A stretch of DNA of 32,000 nucleotides, taken from positions 600,001 through 632,000 of the forward strand of contig NZ_LT671858.1 of the NCBI RefSeq assembly GCF_900083515.1, in the 5' to 3' direction. The translations under genes were made by a program, and so were the position numbers. The stretch comes from Cuniculiplasma divulgatum. GTDB lineage: Archaea; Thermoplasmatota; Thermoplasmata; Thermoplasmatales; Thermoplasmataceae. Below are positions 8,272-17,070 of this stretch, in pieces. Numbering within the stretch: the first letter of the stretch is position 1; the number at the start of each line of letters is the position of its first letter. The notes below the pieces were generated by a model, which saw only the letters and a program-made list of their open reading frames with translations, had not been told where the DNA came from and ran no database searches.

Positions 8272-8314
8272 TCATGATGGTCAAAATAATAACTATTTCC
8301 AATGACAATCATGA
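8272..8314. promoter_or_regulatory. 12-bp inverted repeat TCATGATGGTCA-N19-TGACAATCATGA in the divergent promoter region
   Basis: The arms 8272..8283 and 8303..8314 are reverse complements at 11 of 12 positions. They flank the TATA-like element of the minus-strand gene and lie just upstream of the TATA-like element (about 8321-8329) of the amidase gene. Confidence 0.45.
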
Positions 8315-8346
8315 ATTGTATTTATGTAATGATAGGATCATATCCA

Positions 8347-9270
8347 ATGAAAAGTCTGGATGGCAGGAATTTAAATAACCTTCATTTTAAATGGAACAGC
8401 ACAAATAAGCCAGTTCTTCGTGTAAGCGAGGGCGAAGAGTTTGAAGTTATCATTCCCGATTCTTCCACAATGCAGGTAAAGCGTAACTCCAATTTATCTG
8501 ATCTAAGGAAAATAGATTCATCCCTCTTTGATGGTGCCGTTGGACCAGTATATGTTGATGGAACAGAACCAGGTGACTGCATTACTGTCAACATAAAGAA
8601 AATTGAAACTGAAGACTGGGGCTGGACTGCCATTATGGATAATTTTGGTCTCCTGAAAAATATGTTCAGTGAAACAATGATAGTATGGAAAATAGAAGAA
8701 GGTATGATCACATCAGAAAGTGATATTCTAAAAAATGTTAAAATCAGGGAAGAACCATTTCTGGGTGTTATAGGCACTGCACCCGCAGAAGGGGAATACG
8801 GGATGATACCACCACAATATTTCGGTGGTAATATGGATAATAAATTCATATGTGCGGGTTCCAGTGTGACTCTTCCAGTTTCTGTAAATGGTGCATTGCT
8901 GTCATTTTCCGATCCACATGCTTCCCAGGGAGATGGGGAAATATGTGGAACAGCAGTTGAAACCGGGGCAAGAATAGTTGCAAGTGTTAGCATAGAAAAA
9001 AATAGGAAAATAAAGTATCCAGTCGTAAAAAGCAAGAAGAGAATCGTTGAGGACGCAGTAGTATGTACTGGCATAGGTCCTGATCTATACACCAGTTCTC
9101 AGAATGCTGCTCTTTCAATGATAGAACTGTTACATGGGAAGGGGATTTCAAAGGAAGAAGCGTATATTTTATGCAGCGTGGCCGGGAACCTGCACATAAG
9201 TGAAATAGTCGATGAGCCAAACTTTGTGGTTTCAATGGAAATGCCGGAAAATCTAATTAATATGCTATAA
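8347..9270 (+). CDS. Acetamidase/formamidase-family amidohydrolase (FmdA_AmdA)
   Basis: Family motifs are present: GPVYVDGTEPGD, PPQYFGGNMDNK, GSSVTLPVSVNGALLSFSDPHASQGDGEICGTAVE. ATG 8347 is preferred over 8302 because 8302 lies only 42 nt from the divergent gene start and inside the inverted repeat. Confidence 0.8.
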   Translation: MKSLDGRNLNNLHFKWNSTNKPVLRVSEGEEFEVIIPDSSTMQVKRNSNLSDLRKIDSSLFDGAVGPVYVDGTEPGDCITVNIKKIETEDWGWTAIMDNFGLLKNMFSETMIVWKIEEGMITSESDILKNVKIREEPFLGVIGTAPAEGEYGMIPPQYFGGNMDNKFICAGSSVTLPVSVNGALLSFSDPHASQGDGEICGTAVETGARIVASVSIEKNRKIKYPVVKSKKRIVEDAVVCTGIGPDLYTSSQNAALSMIELLHGKGISKEEAYILCSVAGNLHISEIVDEPNFVVSMEMPENLINML

Positions 9271-9307
9271 TAATATTAAAATTAAAAATTTTATAAATTA
9301 TAAAATA

Positions 9308-10783
9308 TCATTTCTCCCATGATATTTTTATATGGTCCGCATCGTAGGTACCAGCCTCTGTGGCAATCTTCGGCTTTTTTCTAACATAATAAAATGATAT
9401 TATTATGGCGAAAATAAATGACCAGATAACACCAACCACAGCGGAACTTGCATAGGCAAAGTTATCAAAGGAAGGCGTACTAATTTGGGCAAGGATATCC
9501 TGCTGTACCGTGTAGAAGATAACAACGGCTGCTATTATGGAAGATGCTATGGGAATTAATCCATGCACCAGCCACTTGAAAACCTTCTGTGTTCTTGTGT
9601 AAAGCGTAAGACTGATATTGGCGTAAATGTGAGTAAATATTATACCAATTCCTGAACCTGTCAGCAATATCAACGCTCCTGTCTTTGGTCCAAAAAGAAA
9701 ACCGAAAAGAAGATTGATAACAAGCATCAGAATCATATATGCCCGTATTGCCTTGTGTGGGCTCTTATATTTCTTATGCACCTCAGAAAATGACTTTGGG
9801 AAAATGATCTTATCCCTGCTGGCTGAAAACCATACCCTGCTAACTGCATTTGTCTTTGCAACACCGTTGGAAAGATAGCTGTTTATGGTAAATATTACCA
9901 GAAGTATGCCACCAATTGGTCCCAAATATCTTTCAAAAACAATAAGACCAGGATCGTTCGCGCTTGCAAACCCACCTATGCCAGATATGCCCCATCCAAC
10001 CGTAAGCGCGTAGGTTGCAGGAATAAGTGCAAGTCCAGAAAATAAATAGGAAAGAAGAAGGGAATTCTTTATCTTCTTCTTTGGTTCAGTAACCTCCTCT
10101 GATATGGTTGTAGATATCCCAATACCGGTAAAATCACTTATGGAGAATATCATGGAAAGGAAGAATACAGGTACAATACTGAAAGGTAGTGTAAAGGGCA
10201 CAAATGAATTCCCTGGTCCAACCTCTATAATTATTATAATGGAAGCAACGAACAAAAACATCACTTCTGCAAATCCGGTAATAAATGTATACTGAACAGA
10301 TGGCCTGATCCCAAGATATGGAATTACTGAAACATAAACAATCATTCCAATGGCAAAAATTACCCACAAATACTTCAAGGACGATATTTCCGATGAAAGC
10401 AGAAACAGGAATGATGATATTCCAAGCACTGCAAAGGCCGAGGATGTGAGGTTTTCATACAGCCACGAAAAGGCTGTTGCAGGACCATAAAAACCGGATT
10501 TTGTGGATGCCGCCGCGTATGCATAATACCCACCTGCATTTGATCTCAATTTTGAGAATTCATAGGGTGTGATCATCCATAAACCATAGATCAGCCATGC
10601 AACCAGTACTGCAGTTACTGATCTGAAACCCACATCCCTGAATGTTCCTATCAGGAGTATTGCAATATCTGCCGCCGGCCCAACCTGAGCCAGGGAGTAA
10701 AAAGCTCCCTGCCATGTGCCAACTGATCCCTTTTTCAATTCGTTCCTAGTGCCACCTGAATCACTGGAGGTCTTTTTGAACAT
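9308..10783 (-). CDS. APC-superfamily amino acid permease (third copy, distant from the tandem pair)
   Basis: 491 aa with about 12 hydrophobic segments and a polar N-terminus MFKKTSSDSGGTRNELKKGS. It is convergent with the amidase gene. Confidence 0.8.
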   Translation of the reverse strand: MFKKTSSDSGGTRNELKKGSVGTWQGAFYSLAQVGPAADIAILLIGTFRDVGFRSVTAVLVAWLIYGLWMITPYEFSKLRSNAGGYYAYAAASTKSGFYGPATAFSWLYENLTSSAFAVLGISSFLFLLSSEISSLKYLWVIFAIGMIVYVSVIPYLGIRPSVQYTFITGFAEVMFLFVASIIIIIEVGPGNSFVPFTLPFSIVPVFFLSMIFSISDFTGIGISTTISEEVTEPKKKIKNSLLLSYLFSGLALIPATYALTVGWGISGIGGFASANDPGLIVFERYLGPIGGILLVIFTINSYLSNGVAKTNAVSRVWFSASRDKIIFPKSFSEVHKKYKSPHKAIRAYMILMLVINLLFGFLFGPKTGALILLTGSGIGIIFTHIYANISLTLYTRTQKVFKWLVHGLIPIASSIIAAVVIFYTVQQDILAQISTPSFDNFAYASSAVVGVIWSFIFAIIISFYYVRKKPKIATEAGTYDADHIKISWEK

Positions 10784-11025
10784 AGTATGTTCATTAATGG
10801 TTCATAATATTTAAGTGGTTTCGGTAATATATTTATATGATAAAATTTTCATTAAGAAAACGAACAATTCATGGGTTTTTATATTATAATCTTATCAATT
10901 ATATAAATTTCACAAAAAGGGAATATATTGCACACTATCAAATTTATATTTCACATGCTGTTACAAAAAAGGTTAACAGGAAATTAAAATTTTAAAAAAA
11001 TGTGGTTTAAAAAATGTCTCTTTTT

Positions 11026-12573
11026 TCAAAGATCGAATGTAACGCCCTGAGACAGTGGCAGTTCGTTTCCGTAATTCTTTGTTATGGTCATTCTTCTTGT
11101 GTAAGCTTTCCAGGCATCGCTTCCTGATTCTCTGCCTCCGCCAGTATCCTTCTCACCGCCGAATGCTCCACCTATTTCAGCCCCTGCAGTGCTTGTATTT
11201 ATGTTTGCTATTCCGCAGTCTGATCCCTTTGATGAAAGGAATATCTCCTCCTCTCTCAGATCGGTTGTGAACATTGCAGAGGAAAGACCCTGTGGAACAC
11301 CATTGTGAATTTCAATGGCCTCTTTCAGGCTGGAATATTTGAATAGATACAGAATGGGTGCAAAGGTTTCCTCCTTTGTAATTTCCATACCCTTTTTAGC
11401 TTCTATTATGGTAGGCTCCACATAATATCCCTTTGATTCATTCTTAAATCTCCTGCCACCAGTGAGAACCTTTCCGCCCTGTTCAACTGCCCTTACTATG
11501 GCTTTCTCATAATTGACCACCGCTTCCTCATCTATGAGTGGACCTACCAGAACACCACTTTCGAGAGGATTTCCAATTTTAGCTTTTTTGTAGGCCTCAA
11601 TAAGTCTCTTCTTGAAATCTTCATATATCTTCTCACTAACAACTGCCCTTCTTGTACTTGTGCATCTCTGGCCAGCAGTGGCAAGAGCTCCGAATCCAAC
11701 GCCCTTAAGAGCTATATTCATGTCTGCCTTCTCACTCACTATTGCGCAGTTGTTACCTCCCAGTTCAAGTATGGTTCTGCCAAATCTTCCTGATACAACA
11801 GATGATATGTGTCTTCCCGTTTTAACAGAACCTGTAAAGGAAACCAGTGGAATCCTTTCATCCTTTGACAGCAGTTCCCCTATGCTTGACCCCCTGCCAT
11901 TCACCAGTCCGAAGATATTTGGATAGTTTTCTTTCTCCAGTACCTTTCCTATTACATTCATCACGGCAACTGAAGTTAATGCAGCCTTTGATGATGGTTT
12001 CCATAGAACAGTGTCTCCAACAGTTGCAGCCAGAAATGAATTCCATGACCATACTGCCGATGGGAAGTTGAATGCTGTAATAACACCAACAATTCCCAGT
12101 GGGAGAAACTTCTCATATAATACATGTTCCGGTCTTTCGCTTGCAATGGTATTGCCGTATATCTGCCTGCCAAGTCCGGTAGCATAATATCCGACATCTA
12201 TCATTTCCTGAATTTCTCCCTGTCCTTCAACATTTGTTTTACCAACTTCAAGGGAAACAATCCTCCCAAGAAGTTCTTTCTTTTCTGAGAGTGCATCGGA
12301 AATATTCTTAATCAGGAGACCCCTCTTTGGGCCAGGTATTTCACTCCATTCAGCAAAGGCTTTCTTTAGGGATGCGACGGTTTTGTCATAATTTTCAGCA
12401 TTGGCCACAGACACTTTTCCAAGTATTGCTCCGTCTATGGGACTCTTTACAGTAATTGCATCTTTTTCAGAGAATTTTTCCCATTTCCCATAAAATACAC
12501 CAGAATTACTATCGGACAGACCAAGTTTTTCAAAAGTTTCTTTCTTAATTCTTTCCAGATCAACCATAATCAA
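11026..12573 (-). CDS. ALDH7 (antiquitin)-type aldehyde dehydrogenase, probable alpha-aminoadipic semialdehyde / piperideine-6-carboxylate dehydrogenase
   Basis: ELGGNNCAIV (catalytic Glu), GQRCTSTRR (catalytic Cys) and the C-terminal GSDCGIANINTSTAGAEIGGAFGGEKDTGGGRESGSDAWKAYTRRMT block are characteristic of the ALDH7 subfamily. The start could be 12573 or 12567. Confidence 0.85.
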   Translation of the reverse strand: MIMVDLERIKKETFEKLGLSDSNSGVFYGKWEKFSEKDAITVKSPIDGAILGKVSVANAENYDKTVASLKKAFAEWSEIPGPKRGLLIKNISDALSEKKELLGRIVSLEVGKTNVEGQGEIQEMIDVGYYATGLGRQIYGNTIASERPEHVLYEKFLPLGIVGVITAFNFPSAVWSWNSFLAATVGDTVLWKPSSKAALTSVAVMNVIGKVLEKENYPNIFGLVNGRGSSIGELLSKDERIPLVSFTGSVKTGRHISSVVSGRFGRTILELGGNNCAIVSEKADMNIALKGVGFGALATAGQRCTSTRRAVVSEKIYEDFKKRLIEAYKKAKIGNPLESGVLVGPLIDEEAVVNYEKAIVRAVEQGGKVLTGGRRFKNESKGYYVEPTIIEAKKGMEITKEETFAPILYLFKYSSLKEAIEIHNGVPQGLSSAMFTTDLREEEIFLSSKGSDCGIANINTSTAGAEIGGAFGGEKDTGGGRESGSDAWKAYTRRMTITKNYGNELPLSQGVTFDL

Positions 12574-12615
12574 GTAATTATTACAATGTTAATATGAATA
12601 GTGGTTGTTTAAAAA

Positions 12616-12816
12616 TTACTTTATGTTAATTTTTTTAATATCTTTCTTCTCGGTGTTTTTCTTTGAAACGACCTTCTTCCCCACATCAACCATACCGTCT
12701 GCCGCTTCTTTAATTAATGAAAGCAAATCCTCGGCAGATTCCTTCAATCCCGGGAGTTCAAGATCCAGTTCAAAGTGTATTTTCCCGTTTTTTCCGCCAA
12801 TTGTTTTTTCTACCAT
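12616..12816 (-). CDS. 66-aa charged protein of unknown function, start codon abutting the arsA stop (TAAATG)
   Basis: The ATG 12816..12814 immediately follows the arsA TAA 12819..12817. The N-half is acidic and amphipathic (ESAEDLLSLIKEAADGMVDVG) and the tail is lysine-rich. The opposite-strand ORF 12605..12820 is F/S-rich low complexity. Confidence 0.5.
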   Translation of the reverse strand: MVEKTIGGKNGKIHFELDLELPGLKESAEDLLSLIKEAADGMVDVGKKVVSKKNTEKKDIKKINIK

Positions 12817-13980
12817 TTAACTCATCTCTATATTGAGAAAGCCCTTATTAAACTCTGCGTTTACAGGATTAAGATCACTCATACTCTGTGGCAGGAAGAA
12901 AACCCTTCTCCAGTTATCTATCTGAACTACCAGCTCACCGCCTCTATTGTGCAACTGGGTGTTTTTCTTATCAGCAAAGGGTATCCTTATCTTTACCATC
13001 TTATGATCCCCATCGCTTATAAACTGTACAGGTGGGATTATACTGCTCATAACACTCATGGGATCGGCATCCTCATATAATTTCTTTCCCATTTCCTCAA
13101 GAAGTTTCTGTCCGGTTGGTTCATTTGCACTCATTGGAATCTTCATTATTTTTAGATCAGCGAATGCAGTCTCAATTTCCTCCAACACTTCTGTCTGGGA
13201 TTCTCTCCACTTCTTCAGAAAATCACCTGTATCATCTGCATATATCTTGTTCACAATAACGCTATCCACATTATATCCATACATTAGCAGATATGTGAAC
13301 GCTCTCTTCGTCTCGTTAAAGGACATCCTGTCAGGGTTGCATACCAGCCTGATGGTTGTCGTTTCAGGATCGGAAAGTATTTCTTTTACCTCTCTCATTT
13401 GTGAATAAAGTTCCTCAATACTTCCGAAAACCTTGTCATCCGGAATGGGTACACCAAGGAAAGGTTTCATTAGAGGCCTCATTATCTTTGCTGTTTTTCT
13501 GCTTATGGGGAAGATCCTTTCCATGTACCATGAAAATGCTTCAGGAAAGGACAGCAACTTTAAAGATTCCCCCGTTGGTGCTGTATCCATAACAACCACA
13601 TCGAACCTGTTGTCCTTTGCGTATTCTCTTATGTATAGCAGTTCAGTTGCCTCATCAAAGCCAGGCATGGTTGCAATCTCCTCCGCTGCAATACCATCCA
13701 CTCCCTGAGATCTCATTAACGCTGTAAGATAAAGTTTCAGGTTATCCCAGTATTTCTTTATGGCTTCAGTTACACTTATCTCCTGAAGAAAAAGATTTTT
13801 GCCAACCTCCACCGGCTCACTTCCTATACTCTTCTTAAAAGCATCTCTCAGACTGTGAGCGGGATCTGTTGAAATAACCAGAGTTTTTAATCCTCTCTTT
13901 GCCAGTTCGATACCTGTTGCTGCAGAAACACTTGTTTTACCAACGCCGCCTTTTCCTGTATATAATAATATTCTAACCAT
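12817..13980 (-). CDS. arsA: ArsA/Get3-family P-loop ATPase with a C-terminal HSP20 (alpha-crystallin)-like domain
   Basis: It has the deviant Walker A GKGGVGKTS, STDPAHSL and DTAPTGE switch motifs. The C-terminal 75 aa (KMVKIRIPFADKKNTQLHNRGGELVVQIDNWRRVFFLPQSMSDLNPVNAEFNKGFLNIEM) follow the alpha-crystallin domain pattern. There is no arsenite-binding Cys triad and no arsB/acr3 nearby. Confidence 0.85.
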   Translation of the reverse strand: MVRILLYTGKGGVGKTSVSAATGIELAKRGLKTLVISTDPAHSLRDAFKKSIGSEPVEVGKNLFLQEISVTEAIKKYWDNLKLYLTALMRSQGVDGIAAEEIATMPGFDEATELLYIREYAKDNRFDVVVMDTAPTGESLKLLSFPEAFSWYMERIFPISRKTAKIMRPLMKPFLGVPIPDDKVFGSIEELYSQMREVKEILSDPETTTIRLVCNPDRMSFNETKRAFTYLLMYGYNVDSVIVNKIYADDTGDFLKKWRESQTEVLEEIETAFADLKIMKIPMSANEPTGQKLLEEMGKKLYEDADPMSVMSSIIPPVQFISDGDHKMVKIRIPFADKKNTQLHNRGGELVVQIDNWRRVFFLPQSMSDLNPVNAEFNKGFLNIEMS

Positions 13981-13981
13981 T

Positions 13982-14962
13982 TTAAACCCTTATCCTGCTT
14001 ATGACACTGTATGCAATTTCAAATAAAGTTTGAAGATTTGGACTGATCTTCGCTGTCTTTTCAGATTCAATTGCCATGTCAATAAATTTCTTTGCCTTCT
14101 CTATTGAATAATCCACAGAACCTGAATCAATGAGGAACTGCTTTGCCTTCTGAACACTTTCAGGATCTGTTTCCCTTCCCCTTAAAACGCTTTTCAAATG
14201 TCTCTTTCCAGCCTCGTTCCCATTTTTCAATGCATAAATCATGGGAAGTGTAAGAGCACTGTGCTTCATATCAGTGAACGGAGTCTTGCCAATGATCTCT
14301 TCCTTTCCCACAATATCCAGTATATCATCTGCTATCTGGAAAGCCATTCCAACATTAAATGCAAAATTGAACATGTTATTCTGATCTTCTCCGGAGGATT
14401 GTGCAATCATAGCAGCACTCTTAGCCCCTGCTCCAAAGAAGTACGCTGTCTTGTTGGTAATAATATTGAAATATGTATCTTCTGTTATTTTGAAATTGCC
14501 CAGATTCATAGATTCTTCTATTTGCCCTTCTGCAAGCTTCTGAGCAGCCTCTGCAACGACGTTTGAAACATCGATGCCGTATGTGGCCCCTATTCTGTAT
14601 GCCACTGAAAACATATAGTCGCCAGTTACTATAGCATCTCCAAGACCATATTTTCTGTAAAGTGATGGCATGCCTCTCCTTTCTTCTGCCTCATCTATTA
14701 TATCGTCATGTATCAGACTGGCGCTGTGCATTATCTCATATGCAACTGCCAGATCGATGGCATTTTCCAGGGGCTTTGTCGTGTTTAATTCATAAACAAG
14801 TAGTACAATCAGTGGTCTGAGTCTTTTTCCACCTGATGAGATGGTATAATTGGACATCTCATTCAATCTGGGATTGTCAGTCTTTAGAACTTCTACAAGT
14901 CTCTTATTAATAAGATCCAGTTTTCCACTCAGATCAACACTGATTTTGAGAACTTCTGACAT
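13982..14962 (-). CDS. idsA: Polyprenyl (geranylgeranyl-type) diphosphate synthase
   Basis: First Asp-rich motif LIHDDIIDEAEERRG and second motif FQIADDILD. 326 aa. The stop is 1 nt before the arsA ATG. Confidence 0.85.
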   Translation of the reverse strand: MSEVLKISVDLSGKLDLINKRLVEVLKTDNPRLNEMSNYTISSGGKRLRPLIVLLVYELNTTKPLENAIDLAVAYEIMHSASLIHDDIIDEAEERRGMPSLYRKYGLGDAIVTGDYMFSVAYRIGATYGIDVSNVVAEAAQKLAEGQIEESMNLGNFKITEDTYFNIITNKTAYFFGAGAKSAAMIAQSSGEDQNNMFNFAFNVGMAFQIADDILDIVGKEEIIGKTPFTDMKHSALTLPMIYALKNGNEAGKRHLKSVLRGRETDPESVQKAKQFLIDSGSVDYSIEKAKKFIDMAIESEKTAKISPNLQTLFEIAYSVISRIRV

Positions 14963-15039
14963 TGAATCAACAATACTGTATTACATGAAAGCAATTTAAC
15001 TTTTTTAAGAATTTTTTTGGGAAAATGTATATGTGGTTA

Positions 15040-15050
15040 AGGGTAAAAAA
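15040..15050 (-). terminator. Oligo-T tract directly after the alba stop (archaeal-type terminator candidate)
   Basis: The minus strand reads TGA then TTTTTTACCC immediately downstream of 15051. Confidence 0.35.
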
Positions 15051-15326
15051 TCACTTCGCAATTGTTATTTCTATGGAGGAAACATTTGATTCTCCTCTTT
15101 CTCCTTCAACTTTCTCTGTTGTTATATGGATGTCTGCGTATTTTGCATTTGGCATGAATTTATTCTTGGTAATTTCTGCTATATCCACGGCCTTGCTTAT
15201 GGATTTTCCTCTAGCTTTTATTACTATTTTCTCCACATTGTTGGTGTTAAACTGAGTAACAACAGCTAGCACATAATTCATTGTCGGTTTTTTTCCTACG
15301 TAAATGATGTTATTTTCTTCTGACAT
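15051..15326 (-). CDS. albA: Alba (Sac10b) DNA/RNA-binding chromatin protein
   Basis: NIIYVGKKPTMNYVLAVVTQFN...IKARGKSISKAVDIAEITKNKF...VSSIEITI matches the Alba consensus along its full 91 aa. Confidence 0.9.
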   Translation of the reverse strand: MSEENNIIYVGKKPTMNYVLAVVTQFNTNNVEKIVIKARGKSISKAVDIAEITKNKFMPNAKYADIHITTEKVEGERGESNVSSIEITIAK

Positions 15327-15406
15327 TGCAAATCACTTGTGCTGTAAATCAAAAAAAGGTATTTAATTATATCTCAATAATTACGCCTCTTTCTTAAAAG
15401 AAGAAA

Positions 15407-15829
15407 TCATTTTAGCCTTATCATGGTTTCTGTATTCTTTATACCTTTAATTTCTCTTATTCTGTCAATAAACTCATTCAATTCTACAAGATTCCTGTAT
15501 GAAACCATTATGGCCATGTCAGACTTTCCTGCAACCTCATACACCCTGGCAGATATCTTCTTTAATTCCTGCAAAATTCCGGTTTTGCTTGAGGGATCGT
15601 ATCTTGAAAGGATAATGGCTTCCTTCATTTCTGTTGTTTCTATTGTAAATCTGCTAATAACATTCCTTTCCTGAAGACTTTTTATCCTTCTTCTAACGGT
15701 ACCTTCAGAAACATTAATTACTGTGGCAATAGCCTTATTTGTAAACCTGCTGTTTATTCTGAGTAACTCAAGAATCTTTTCATCCAGAAGATCTATGTTT
15801 TTATTCTTTTTATCTGTAGAGTGTTCCAT
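15407..15829 (-). CDS. lrp: Lrp/AsnC-family transcriptional regulator
   Basis: N-terminal HTH DLLDEKILELLRINSRFTNKAIATVINVSEGTVRRRIKSLQERNVI followed by a RAM-like alpha-beta domain. 140 aa. Confidence 0.85.
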   Translation of the reverse strand: MEHSTDKKNKNIDLLDEKILELLRINSRFTNKAIATVINVSEGTVRRRIKSLQERNVISRFTIETTEMKEAIILSRYDPSSKTGILQELKKISARVYEVAGKSDMAIMVSYRNLVELNEFIDRIREIKGIKNTETMIRLK

Positions 15830-16094
15830 CCGCCCCTTTTTCCTTTGCTGGATTTTTCTTGATTAATTCCTTCGGAACCTGATTCATTCTAATAATATTG
15901 GTTGCCTGAACCATGTATATTGGAAGTCCTGTATTCGGATCATTTCCACCCTTCATGATTGCAACAATCTCCATCTTTATCTGAATTACAGAACCATCTT
16001 CCAGCTTTACCTTAACCCACTTTGGTTCTTCTTCTATTTCAAAATTAATTATCTCCCCATTATCTGGAAGACCTCCCTGAAACACCATAGTCAT
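15810..16094 (-). CDS. 94-aa hypothetical protein (beta-rich), 3' end overlaps the lrp start by 20 nt
   Basis: Clean ORF co-oriented with lrp. No recognisable motif. Confidence 0.5.
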   Translation of the reverse strand: MTMVFQGGLPDNGEIINFEIEEEPKWVKVKLEDGSVIQIKMEIVAIMKGGNDPNTGLPIYMVQATNIIRMNQVPKELIKKNPAKEKGADGTLYR

Positions 16095-16185
16095 GAATGT
16101 ATTAAGAATATATAAATCAGATTGGCATAATCATTCCTGCATATCATGAAAATCTATTTTATCCATTAAGACCTACGGAATTTAA

Positions 16186-16270
16186 GCGAGGGTTGCTGAG
16201 CTTGGCCAAAGGTGCTGGACTTAAGATTCAGTCGCGTAGGCGTTCGTGGGTTCAAATCCCATCCCTCGCA
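16186..16270 (+). tRNA. tRNA-Leu (anticodon UAA), class II with long variable arm, CCA not encoded
   Basis: The acceptor stem GCGAGGG/CCCTCGC is perfect and the discriminator is A. The anticodon stem is CTGGA/TTCAG with loop CTTAAGA. The variable arm is CGC-GTAG-GCG. The T arm is GTGGG-TTCAAAT-CCCAT. A TATA-like TATTTTAT lies about 28 nt upstream. Confidence 0.9.
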
Positions 16271-16593
16271 TCCTATTTAGATTCTAATGCTTAACCTTTA
16301 GAAAAGAGTGCATGGCATTATTCACTTGATATCTACAAGTTCAAAATTATGTGTCAGCACTTAATTAACTGCAATAATTAGAAACTGACAATGCAACTCT
16401 ATTTGAAGTCATTATTTTACCATATTTAGAACGTATCCATCCATTGGACAAACATATGAGTACAGTAACTTTGGAATTTGATCGTTTGCTGCTATTTTTC
16501 CAGCACAGGCATTATGCAGATTTCTCACAAATTAACTTTTGATTTCATCGAGTGATCTTAAAAATATCATATAGTATAATTTTTGATAGATTA

Positions 16594-17070
16594 TTAATTT
16601 TTTTGCCTACTTTCAATTTCATTAATATTTGTCTCTAACCATTTTCTATCATCTTGTTCCTTTATCTTTTCTGCATAACTAATCGCCATTTTGAGATATT
16701 TATCGTATTCACCAAGTTCTCCTTTTACGTAATGCGCTCTGGCTAAAGCCTCACAGGCAAAACCATATTCAAAATCCTCAAGGTTCCCTGATTTGCACAA
16801 TTCAAGGCATTTGTTTCCGTGATATATTGCCGATTCTGGCATTGATAGGACAGAATACACCCTTGATATTATCCAGTGTCCTCTTGAAAGTTCGAGGTCA
16901 CCACCACCAGCAAATCTCCAGTGGAATAGGGATGCCTGAGATACGCTTATCATCAGGTCATTTTCATCAGAATTTCTTGACTTTTCAATTAGGTTCCATG
17001 TTTGATTGAACAGAGTAGCGGCAATTTTCCTATGCATTTCCTTGTCTATTCCCTTAATATTCATTTCCAT
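16594..17070 (-). CDS. 158-aa conserved-looking all-helical hypothetical protein
   Basis: Clean ORF with helical-repeat-like segments (HWIISRVYSVLSMPESAIYHGNKCLELC...FACEALARAHYVKGELGEYDKYLKMAISYAE). No function assigned. Confidence 0.55.
   Translation of the reverse strand: MEMNIKGIDKEMHRKIAATLFNQTWNLIEKSRNSDENDLMISVSQASLFHWRFAGGGDLELSRGHWIISRVYSVLSMPESAIYHGNKCLELCKSGNLEDFEYGFACEALARAHYVKGELGEYDKYLKMAISYAEKIKEQDDRKWLETNINEIESRQKN

Noticed and set aside
8382-9092. 236-aa ORF antisense to the amidase gene. Similar long antisense or overlapping ORFs are at 1187..1669, 4369..4689, 5878..6309, 11612..11926, 13058..13408, 14198..14566 and 26465..26902.
   Set aside because: Each lies wholly inside a gene with strong family motifs on the other strand or frame. 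They have Ser/Pro/Leu-rich, motif-free composition typical of shadow ORFs.
12605-12820. 71-aa plus-strand ORF opposite the 66-aa ORF
   Set aside because: It is Phe/Ser-rich low complexity, the mirror image of a Lys/Glu-rich coding strand. The minus-strand ORF is positioned exactly at the arsA stop.
12817-13980. ArsA as part of an arsenic-resistance (ars) operon
   Set aside because: There is no arsB/acr3, arsR, arsC or arsD nearby. The protein is a single-domain ATPase with one Cys and no metalloid-binding triad, and it has an HSP20-like tail. A Get3/chaperone-type role is more plausible.
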